This document shows, piece by piece, positions 9,245 through 16,798 of a stretch of 44,031 bases of DNA; position 1 is the stretch's first letter; every line of letters starts with the position of its first letter. A program made the translations under genes and the position numbers. The DNA is taken from assembly GCA_043718785.1 (NCBI GenBank), contig JAYSVA010000426.1, forward strand, positions 1-44,031. The letters are read 5' to 3'. The notes below the pieces were generated by a model that did not search any database, had not been told where the DNA came from, and saw only the letters and a list, made by a program, of their open reading frames with translations. Source of the DNA: Hyphomicrobiaceae bacterium (lineage in GTDB: Bacteria; Pseudomonadota; Alphaproteobacteria; Rhizobiales; Hyphomicrobiaceae).

Positions 9245-10284
9245 TACTCCGCCTCCTCGTCACGCCCGACCAGAGCAAGCGCGCGGGCTTTGCGGCCAAG
9301 CGTCGCCAAATGGTGCACCAACGCATCTTCGCGGCCGTGTGTGACCCAGATTTCCTCAGCGCCTGTTGCGATAATGGTGTCGATCAGCTCCGGCCAGTCG
9401 GCATGGTCGGAAACGATCAGCGGCAACTCAACGCCGCGCTGGCGGGCCCGTCCGCGCACCCGCATCCAGCCGCTGGCGAAGACGCTCACGGGGTCAGCGA
9501 ACCGGCGCGACCACCGATCACCGAGTGCTGATGGCGGGCACATGACGATGCTGCCAGCCATTGATTTCGGATCCTGCCCAGCCGCCGGGCGCAGGTCGCC
9601 AAGCTCCACGCCCAGATGCACATAAAGATCGCACAGGGCAACCATGGCCCCGTGTAGGTAGATCGGCTGGTCGTATCCAGCGTCTCGCACCAGCTTGATC
9701 ATTCGCTGACATTTGCCCAAGCCATAAGCGCCAACCATGTGGGTGCGCTCCGGTTCAGCGCGCATCGAAGCGAACAGTTTTTGTACCTCGCCATCGGCTG
9801 GCTCATGCCGGAAGACGGGTAGCGCAAACGTCGCCTCGGTGACGAACACATCACATGGCACCAACTCAAACGGGCGGCAGGTCGGATCGGCGGCGCGCTT
9901 ATAATCGCCCGATACAACGGCCCGCTGGCCGCCCCATTCAAGCACGATCTGGGCTGATCCGAGGATGTGTCCGGCAGGTGCCAGCCAAACGCGGACGTCG
10001 TCAATAACCAACGGCTCACCAAGGGCGAGTGCCTGGAACGTACCGGCGCAGGCGTCGCCGTAGCGCACCTTCATGATGGCGATGGTTTCGTCCGTTGCGA
10101 GCACGGCGCCGTGGCCGCTGCGGGCGTGGTCGGCGTGGCCATGGGTAATCACGGCTTTGGCAACCGGGCGGTGCGGATCGATGTAGAACCCGCCCGCCGC
10201 GCAAAACAATCCGGCCTCAGCCGGGTACAGCCAGGACGAGACGGGCAGTTTGGCTGAATAGATGGCGGAAAGTGCTGCGGTCAT
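9244..10284 (-). CDS. Metallo-beta-lactamase-fold (beta-CASP-like) ligase-associated exonuclease
   Basis: 346-aa ORF with the MBL motif VITHGHADHARSGH. It is translationally coupled to the ligase by a 1-nt stop/start overlap at 9244. Confidence 0.85.
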   Translation of the reverse strand: MTAALSAIYSAKLPVSSWLYPAEAGLFCAAGGFYIDPHRPVAKAVITHGHADHARSGHGAVLATDETIAIMKVRYGDACAGTFQALALGEPLVIDDVRVWLAPAGHILGSAQIVLEWGGQRAVVSGDYKRAADPTCRPFELVPCDVFVTEATFALPVFRHEPADGEVQKLFASMRAEPERTHMVGAYGLGKCQRMIKLVRDAGYDQPIYLHGAMVALCDLYVHLGVELGDLRPAAGQDPKSMAGSIVMCPPSALGDRWSRRFADPVSVFASGWMRVRGRARQRGVELPLIVSDHADWPELIDTIIATGAEEIWVTHGREDALVHHLATLGRKARALALVGRDEEAE

Positions 10285-10401
10285 TACTGCGTTACGCCGG
10301 ATGCCTGCGTGCGGGTCACTCCCCCTACCACAACCGCTACCCCCGGAAAGGATTGCAAAACAAACGGGATTGTCGCCGGCCGCTGATCATCGCGAAACGT
10401 G

Positions 10402-10434
10402 AAACGCGGCGGGCATGATGTGCCGTCCGCGTTT
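10402..10434 (-). terminator. Putative rho-independent terminator after the MFS gene
   Basis: The stem is aaacgcggcgggca (10402..10415) paired with tgccgtccgcgttt (10421..10434), 14 bp with 2 non-pairing positions and a 5-nt loop. It lies directly 3' of the MFS stop codon (10441..10443) on the minus strand and is followed there by T-containing sequence (cacgtttcg). Confidence 0.5.
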
Positions 10435-10440
10435 TGCGTT

Positions 10441-11676
10441 TCAGCCCACCTGCTTGCAATGAGTTTCGCGGATCATCAGGGCGGCGAGACAGCCCAGGAT
10501 CGGCCCGATGACAATCGCGGTGAGGGCGAAGCGGTAGGCGCTGGCATCGTAAATGCGGGCACCGGCAACCATCTCACCAGCCCAGGCAAGGTCTAGCAGC
10601 CAGCCGATCAGCGTCTGAAACACGGCGCCGGCGCCGGTCATTAAGCAGTTAACGAACCCGATGGTGGTGCCGCTGAGATGGACGGGGTTGTGCTCGCGCG
10701 CGGCGGCAAAGCCGATGGTCTGCACCGATCCGCCGATGCCGCCGAGCAAACACAGTGCTGCCACCACGCTGACGGGGAGACCGGGAATGTAGACGATGGA
10801 CGTGATGCAAATGGCGGAGACCACTAAACCCGCGACCAGCGGCTTCTGCCGACTTTGCAACCGGTCCGATAGCCAGCCGTTGACCGGCGCAGCCAAGCCC
10901 CAGCCAACGAACATCATCGAAGTAACCGCCGCAGCGGTCGTTTTATCGAGCCCGTGCGTGACGCCCAGATAAGGCACGCCCCACAGCGCTGCAAATCCCA
11001 GCAGCGGGGCACCTGCGCCCAAGCCGACCAGGGAAATCAACCAGGTCTGAGGTTGCCGTGCGACCTGCACCAGGCCTTTGAGTACTCGGCCCGTATTGCC
11101 TGACCCGCGCTGACGGTCGCGCACCGTTGCCCATGCCATCGCGGCAATCAACACGCCGCCGCCCGCAAACGCGACCATGACGGAACGCCACCCATAGGCT
11201 TCGACGCCGAGCCGCACCGGGGCTTGGCCGATGACGCCGCCTGCCATGCCCATGAATGTGGCTAGTCCGCTGAGCAGGGCGAACCGGTGCGGTGGGAACC
11301 ACTGGCCGGCCACCGCCATGGAGCCGACGAGGCTGAATGCAGCCGAGGCCCCGATCAGGAACCGGCCGGCGGCAACAGCCCAGAATGAGGTGCTGATGGC
11401 GCACATCACGCAGCCAAACGCGCAGACCAAAGCCGCCAAGGTTATCAGACGGCGCGGACCGAACCGGTCCAGCATCAGCCCAACGGGGATCTGCATCCCG
11501 GCATAGCCATAGAAATAGAAGGCGGAGAGATTGCCGAGCAATGTGCTGCTGACGCTAAAGTCGCGCATCAGCTCATCGATCATGACGCTGGGCGAAACGC
11601 GCAACACCCAGGCGTAGAAGAAAAATATGGCACCTGTCGCCCAACCGAGCAGCGGTAACAGTAGGCTGCGATGCAT
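10441..11676 (-). CDS. MFS transporter
   Basis: 411-aa ORF that is almost entirely hydrophobic, with about 12 TM spans. An MFS loop 2-3-like motif is present (GLMLDRFGPRRL). Confidence 0.85.
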   Translation of the reverse strand: MHRSLLLPLLGWATGAIFFFYAWVLRVSPSVMIDELMRDFSVSSTLLGNLSAFYFYGYAGMQIPVGLMLDRFGPRRLITLAALVCAFGCVMCAISTSFWAVAAGRFLIGASAAFSLVGSMAVAGQWFPPHRFALLSGLATFMGMAGGVIGQAPVRLGVEAYGWRSVMVAFAGGGVLIAAMAWATVRDRQRGSGNTGRVLKGLVQVARQPQTWLISLVGLGAGAPLLGFAALWGVPYLGVTHGLDKTTAAAVTSMMFVGWGLAAPVNGWLSDRLQSRQKPLVAGLVVSAICITSIVYIPGLPVSVVAALCLLGGIGGSVQTIGFAAAREHNPVHLSGTTIGFVNCLMTGAGAVFQTLIGWLLDLAWAGEMVAGARIYDASAYRFALTAIVIGPILGCLAALMIRETHCKQVG

Positions 11677-11716
11677 CGGCGGTCCCTACTCGGCGCGTGC
11701 CCGGTCTGGACATTTT

Positions 11717-11764
11717 AGGAAGGCTGCAACTCAGGAAGGCTGCAACTCAGGAAGGCTGCAACTG
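11717..11764. repeat. Three tandem 16-bp direct repeats (aggaaggctgcaactc), a candidate regulatory site upstream of the MFS gene
   Basis: Units lie at 11717..11732, 11733..11748 and 11749..11764. The first two are identical and the third differs at its last base. The array sits 41-88 nt upstream of the MFS start codon (11676, minus strand). Confidence 0.8.
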
Positions 11765-11841
11765 CCTGTCCGGAAGTGACTCCTGGACGTTGAAAGAACC
11801 ACGGCAACTGGCAATCGAAGCCGTTGGTTAGCCTGCCTCGG

Positions 11842-12120
11842 CTAGCAACGCATAGCGCTTCGCCGTCCCAATTGACCACGATGCAGGGCGATCGCAGCCC
11901 GACGCTCCGATGACGCGTCGAAATCGGTGGCACTATACTGCAGAGCGCGCGACCGGGCATCTGCTGCGCGCAGCTGTGACGTCAACTGCAACGCCGTCGA
12001 CGGCACCAATTTCGCCGTGCGGGCGTGGGCGCGCGCGTGATCAATTGTGATCGACGACAACACCATCAGTGTGGCAGCAAACAGCACGCCAAATGTCAAA
12101 AGTGTCATCGTCAGTGTCAT
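11842..12120 (-). CDS. Small hypothetical membrane-anchored protein (about 92 aa)
   Basis: The ORF-track frame is 11842..12138 and begins with TTG. An internal ATG at 12120 is preceded by AAGGA with a 7-nt spacer. The translation MTLTMTLLTFGVLFAATLMVLSSITIDHARAH... gives one TM span followed by a helical Arg/Ala-rich tail. Third-position GC is high. No family was recognised. Confidence 0.35.
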   Translation of the reverse strand: MTLTMTLLTFGVLFAATLMVLSSITIDHARAHARTAKLVPSTALQLTSQLRAADARSRALQYSATDFDASSERRAAIALHRGQLGRRSAMRC

Positions 12121-12343
12121 CGTCGTGTCCTTCGTCAACAGCTCGTTCAGCAGTCACATTCTTGCGCTTTTAGACTACCACAGAACACTGCTAACTCCAA
12201 CGAATTTATGGGCATTTGACGCGGGTCGAATTTATGCAAATCCCGTGCCTAAAGCGGTGGATTTGATTGCATTTTCGCGACGCCTCGATAGATTGGTTGT
12301 TGCCGAAAATGATCGGTTTTGGGACAGTCGAGCGGGGGCTTGG

Positions 12344-13291
12344 ATGGATCCGGATACGTCAGTCGAGCGCAGGTCTGCGCTAGAGTGGCCGACGCTGGCT
12401 TTAATCGCGGCAATCTATGCCGCGTGGCTGGCGCTGACTTGGTTCCATGCGGCTTTGCCGGTTTGGGCCTGGCTGGCCGCAGCCACCTGGTTGTCGGCTT
12501 GGTGGGGGTCGGTGCAGCATGAGGCGATGCACGGCCATCCAACGCGAAGCCGTGCGGTCAATTCGGCGCTGGCGACACCGCCATTTGCCCTATGGCTGCC
12601 GTTTGAGCGCTACCGGCAAACCCATTTAGCGCACCACAACGACGAACGGTTGACCGATCCGCTCGACGATCCCGAAAGCCGGTACTGGACGGCGGACGGC
12701 TGGCAACAGCTGGGCTCTGTGGGTCAACAGCTGGTCGCGCTTCAGGCAACATTAGCCGGGCGCGTGATTATTGGGCCGCTTTGGTCGATCTGGCGGTTCT
12801 GGGTCGACGACACACGACGGTTGATCGCAAACGAGCGCGGCATTCGCGGGGTCTGGGCATGGCACGTGGTGTGGTGCGCGCTGGTGCTTGGTTGGGTGAG
12901 CGGCATCTGTGGCGTGCCGCTGTGGCTGTACGTGGCGGGATTTGTCTACGGTGGCACAGCCATCACGCTGGTGCGCTCGTTCGCTGAACATCTGGCGACG
13001 GATGCCGTGCACCAGCGCACTGCCATTGTCGAGCAAAGCCCGGTGCTGGGATTGCTCTATCTTCACAACAATTTGCATGTCGTCCATCATCGTTGGCCCA
13101 GCATCCCGTGGTATCGGCTACCCGGGGTCTATCGCGCTAATCGTAGTGCTATGATCGCGCTCAACGGTGGTCTGGTTTATGCGGGTTATGGCGATGTCGC
13201 GCGCCGCTATCTGCTGCGGGCGTACGACACGCCGGTGCATCCGCAGGATCGGGTGACCAAACCGACGCAGCACTATGCGGGCACAGAGTAA
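12344..13291 (+). CDS. Membrane fatty-acid desaturase family protein (di-iron histidine boxes)
   Basis: The ORF-track frame is 12047..13291. The first 99 codons overlap the oppositely oriented small ORF and the AT-rich promoter region, so I start at ATG 12344. The three His boxes are HEAMHGH, HLAHHN and HNNLHVVHH. Confidence 0.8.
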   Translation: MDPDTSVERRSALEWPTLALIAAIYAAWLALTWFHAALPVWAWLAAATWLSAWWGSVQHEAMHGHPTRSRAVNSALATPPFALWLPFERYRQTHLAHHNDERLTDPLDDPESRYWTADGWQQLGSVGQQLVALQATLAGRVIIGPLWSIWRFWVDDTRRLIANERGIRGVWAWHVVWCALVLGWVSGICGVPLWLYVAGFVYGGTAITLVRSFAEHLATDAVHQRTAIVEQSPVLGLLYLHNNLHVVHHRWPSIPWYRLPGVYRANRSAMIALNGGLVYAGYGDVARRYLLRAYDTPVHPQDRVTKPTQHYAGTE

Positions 13292-14088
13292 CCGGCGGCT
13301 TTGGCGTCGCGGTCCCAGTTCAAGGTGACGGCGAAGTCAGCATGATCGACGGCAGCAAAGCCTTGGATCAGCAAGGCACTGCCGAGCGCGGGGAACCACG
13401 GTTTGGTGCTGGCATTGGCGAAGGCGGCGCGGAGGCGAGCGACGGCTGCGGGGGCTAACGTTTTCGCCGCAACGAAAGCGGGCATCGGCGCTAGGTCAGT
13501 CGAGTCGAGTACCCGGACTCCGGCCGTCAACTCGGGTTTGTACTTGGCAATCAGGGCATGCCAGTAGCCATCAAGCGGCCCGACATCGATGCTACCATCA
13601 AGCACGGAATCAAGGATCTTCCGGGCTGTGATCAGATTGCCAACCGCCCCTGCGTAGACGTTGGGCCGGGCGGCAGTGCGATAGGGTAGCAGGTGGTGGC
13701 GCAACGCGTTGAAGCCTGAGTGCGAATGCGCCACCGTCCAGCCGACGCGTCCGCCAAACGTGTCGGCCAGAGCGCGGTAAGGACGATCTGCCCTGACGAT
13801 CAGATCCGAGCGATAAACCGCGCGTCCCGCAGCCCAAGCGAGTGCTGGAATAGGTGCTGCCAACGGCGTCACGTCGGCAATTTTGAGGGCAATGGGATAG
13901 CCACACATTTGCACGCAGCCGAGGTCATCGCGACGCCACAAGTGCTCGAGTGGCTGCGGTGCGGGGTAGGGCAAATAGTCCAGTGGCACGCCCGCATCGC
14001 TGCTGATGTGCGCGATCAGCGTCTGCCACGCGGCCTCAGCCTCGGGCGCCACCGCATACATCCGTGCGTTGGCGATCAGGCTGGTCAT
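13273..14088 (-). CDS. PhnD-like (phosphate/phosphonate-type) substrate-binding-fold protein with no signal peptide
   Basis: 271-aa ORF whose N-terminus (MTSLIANARMYAVAPEAEAAWQTLI...) is typical of the PhnD-like family. There is no hydrophobic leader. Its start overlaps the OCD-family stop as ATGA (14085..14088). Confidence 0.7.
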   Translation of the reverse strand: MTSLIANARMYAVAPEAEAAWQTLIAHISSDAGVPLDYLPYPAPQPLEHLWRRDDLGCVQMCGYPIALKIADVTPLAAPIPALAWAAGRAVYRSDLIVRADRPYRALADTFGGRVGWTVAHSHSGFNALRHHLLPYRTAARPNVYAGAVGNLITARKILDSVLDGSIDVGPLDGYWHALIAKYKPELTAGVRVLDSTDLAPMPAFVAAKTLAPAAVARLRAAFANASTKPWFPALGSALLIQGFAAVDHADFAVTLNWDRDAKAAGYSVPA

Positions 14089-15116
14089 GCGAACCTCAGC
14101 CGTTGGCCGACGCCGAGTTTCTCGCCCTTCGCAAGCATGGCATGGCCGAGGGCAATATCTGAAAGCGAAAGCCCGCGATGCCAGAACAGGATGGTTTCAT
14201 CGTCACGCTCGCGGCCGGGTTTCAGGCCAGCCACCACTTGGCCGATCTCGGCGTAGAAGCGGTCGGGGCCGAGCTTGCCGGCGTCGAATAGGGGCTTGAG
14301 CGCGCCGAACCGACCGGCCCGGGCTTGGCCGAAGTCGTCCATCAGGAACTTGTCGGCGATGTCGGCCAGCGACAGCTCGACGGCGCTCATCGTACCGTAC
14401 GGCATCACCAGTGCGCCCTTTTTGATCCATGCGGTTTTCAGCAGCGGTTCCGGCTGCGCCAGTCGCGAAGCTTCCACCACGATGTCAGCGCCGCGAACAC
14501 AACTCTCCCAGTCGTCAGTGACGATAATCTTCTTGCCCAGATCATGTTCGAGGCGCGCGCCAAACGCATCGCGGCTTTCCGGGCGGCGGGAATGCACGCG
14601 AATTTCGTCAAAGTTGAACAGCTTGTCCATCAAGCGCACGTTCCAGTAGGCGGTGCCGCGCGCGCCGATATGGCCAAGGATTTTCGCGTTCTTTGGAGCC
14701 AGATACTTGGCGCCAATGGCCGTAACCGCCCCGGTCCGCATGTCGGTGATGGCGGAGGCGTCGATGATCGCTTTCGGCACGCCGATGCGGCGATCAAACA
14801 GCAGCAGCAGTGCCAGTTCGGAGGGTAACTTGTGCAAGTAGTTGTCGTAGAAATCGGACACAACTTTCACCCCGGCTGCATCAACCTCGCCGCCGAGTGA
14901 CCCGCGCAGCACGTTGAAATGGCCGCGTGCCACCCCTGGCTCCAAATGCATGCGCGGCTCGATTACCGCTTCGCCGCGCCCTTGCGTCGCGAGCTGACCT
15001 TCGATGGCAGCAAGAATTTCATCATCGGTGATGTTCAGTGCTTCGACGTCAAACCGGTTCATGTAGGTGAAGTACAGCGGCGGCATGCCGGCGTAGTCTT
15101 TGCCATACTCGTTCAT
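14085..15116 (-). CDS. Ornithine cyclodeaminase / mu-crystallin family enzyme
   Basis: The ORF-track frame is 14085..15242. I place the start at ATG 15116 (MNEYGKDYAG...), preceded by AAGGAG, giving 343 aa. The family pattern includes a Rossmann region (ILGHIGARGTAYWN). Confidence 0.85.
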   Translation of the reverse strand: MNEYGKDYAGMPPLYFTYMNRFDVEALNITDDEILAAIEGQLATQGRGEAVIEPRMHLEPGVARGHFNVLRGSLGGEVDAAGVKVVSDFYDNYLHKLPSELALLLLFDRRIGVPKAIIDASAITDMRTGAVTAIGAKYLAPKNAKILGHIGARGTAYWNVRLMDKLFNFDEIRVHSRRPESRDAFGARLEHDLGKKIIVTDDWESCVRGADIVVEASRLAQPEPLLKTAWIKKGALVMPYGTMSAVELSLADIADKFLMDDFGQARAGRFGALKPLFDAGKLGPDRFYAEIGQVVAGLKPGRERDDETILFWHRGLSLSDIALGHAMLAKGEKLGVGQRLRFA

Positions 15117-15229
15117 TGTGGCTCCTTGAGGCGACACCCTGGTGCGTTCAACGTGTAGTCTGTCGCATATTGCGCGGCATGAAAAGCACGTCATGATGCG
15201 GGACGGGGGCGAGGAACAGCGATCAAACC

Positions 15230-16513
15230 ATGACGACACCACAAAACACTGGGCAAAGTTCCGGGCGCTATTCGGGGCTGCGGCTGCTGATGGAAGCGCT
15301 GCGGGGCAACCGCGGCTGGTCGGCGGCGTGGCGCGATGCGAGCCCGCAAGCTGCTTATGACGTGGTCATTGTCGGCGGCGGTGGGCATGGTCTCGCGACG
15401 GCGTACAACCTCGCCAAGCAGCACGGTATCACCAACGTCGCGGTGGTCGAAAAGGGCGTGATTGGCCTTGGCAATGTCGGGCGTAACACCACGATCATCC
15501 GCTCGAATTACTTCTCAGCCGAGAACATTCGGTTCTATGACGCCTCGCTGAAGCTGTGGGAGCGGTTCGAGCAGGAGCTCAACTTCAACGCCATGGTGAG
15601 CCAACGGGGCACCCTCAATCTGGTGCATTCCGATGGCCAGCGCGACCTGTTCGCCCGCCGGGCCAACGCCATGCGGCTGGAGGGCGTCGATGTCACCTGG
15701 CTGGATAAGGCGGCGGTGAAAGCCAAGGTGCCGCTGATCGAGACGGAACAGGGCCGCTATCCGGTGCTCGGCGGATTTTTCCAGCAGCGCGGGGGTACGG
15801 TGCGTCACGATGCGGTGGTGTGGGCCTATGCCCGGGCGGCGAGTGCGCTGGGCGTCGATATCATCCAACACTGTGAAGTGACCGGCGTGCAGCGTGACGG
15901 CGATGCCGTCGCCGGGGTGGAGACCACGCGCGGCGTCATCAAGGCCAGGAAGGTGCTATTCGCGGTCGCTGGGCATTCGTCGCGGCTGGCCGAGATGGCC
16001 GGGTTCCGGCTGCCAATTGAGACGCACGTGCTGCAGGCCTTCGTCACCGAGAGCATCAAGCCCTGCCTCGATTGCGTCGTGACCTACGGTGCCGGGCACT
16101 TCTACGTCAGCCAGTCGGATAAGGGTGGGCTGGTTTATGGCGGCGCCACGGACGGCTACAACAGCTACGGCCAACGCGGCACTATGCCGATGGTCGAGGA
16201 GGTGCACGCTGCCGGTCGGACACTGATGCCGGCGCTGTCGCGGCTGCGTGTCCTGCGGCAGTGGGGCGGGGTGATGGACATGTCGATGGACGGCAACCCG
16301 ATCATATCGACGACGCCGGTGCGCAACCTCACGATCAATGGCGGCTGGTGCTATGGCGGCTTCAAGGCGATTCCTGCGGGCGGCATGGTGACGGCGCATC
16401 TGGTGGCGACTGGCCAGCCCCACCCGCTGGCCAGCCATTTCGGCCTCGACCGCTTCCGCTCTGGCCACACCATCGACGAGCGCGGTGTCGGCCCTTATCC
16501 GTGGATGCATTAA
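15230..16513 (+). CDS. soxB: Heterotetrameric sarcosine oxidase, beta subunit
   Basis: 427-aa ORF. The stretch RYSGLRLLMEALRGNRGW...YDVVIVGGGGHGLATAYNLAKQHGITNVAVVEKG...GRNTTIIRSNY matches the SoxB N-terminus and FAD-binding fold. Confidence 0.9.
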   Translation: MTTPQNTGQSSGRYSGLRLLMEALRGNRGWSAAWRDASPQAAYDVVIVGGGGHGLATAYNLAKQHGITNVAVVEKGVIGLGNVGRNTTIIRSNYFSAENIRFYDASLKLWERFEQELNFNAMVSQRGTLNLVHSDGQRDLFARRANAMRLEGVDVTWLDKAAVKAKVPLIETEQGRYPVLGGFFQQRGGTVRHDAVVWAYARAASALGVDIIQHCEVTGVQRDGDAVAGVETTRGVIKARKVLFAVAGHSSRLAEMAGFRLPIETHVLQAFVTESIKPCLDCVVTYGAGHFYVSQSDKGGLVYGGATDGYNSYGQRGTMPMVEEVHAAGRTLMPALSRLRVLRQWGGVMDMSMDGNPIISTTPVRNLTINGGWCYGGFKAIPAGGMVTAHLVATGQPHPLASHFGLDRFRSGHTIDERGVGPYPWMH

Positions 16514-16516
16514 ATC

Positions 16517-16798
16517 ATGCTGCAAATCAAATGCCCACATTGCGGCCCGCGCGACGAGGCTGAATTCCGCTATCGCGGCGATGCGACGCTGACGCGCCCG
16601 GCTGTCGATGCAGGTATCAATGCGTTCGCGTCGTACGTGTTCGAGCGTGCCAATCCGGCAGGTTGGCAGACCGAGTGGTGGCAGCATGCCCACGGCTGCC
16701 GCGCGGTGCTGAAGGTGGTGCGGCACACCCTGACGCACGAGATCTCTGGCGTGGGGCTGCCGGGCGAGACGCTGGCGGTGCCGGAGGGGGCGGCATGA
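16517..16798 (+). CDS. soxD: Sarcosine oxidase, delta subunit
   Basis: 93-aa ORF. MLQIKCPHCGPRDEAEFRYRGDA...WWQHAHGCR is the SoxD zinc-ribbon pattern. The gene sits in the canonical position between soxB and soxA. Confidence 0.9.
   Translation: MLQIKCPHCGPRDEAEFRYRGDATLTRPAVDAGINAFASYVFERANPAGWQTEWWQHAHGCRAVLKVVRHTLTHEISGVGLPGETLAVPEGAA

Noticed and set aside
11717-11764. Possible CRISPR array
   Set aside because: The 16-bp units are directly abutting with no spacers, there are only three copies, and no cas genes are present. It is a simple tandem repeat.
16663-16794. 5' extension of the soxA ORF (the ORF track starts at 16663). Comparable extensions occur at 12047..12343, 7465..7581, 15117..15242, 24314..24364 and 25925..25999.
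   Set aside because: The extensions overlap neighbouring genes or promoter regions and encode Arg/Gly/Ala-rich junk. Internal starts give canonical N-termini, RBS-like sequences or ATGA coupling.
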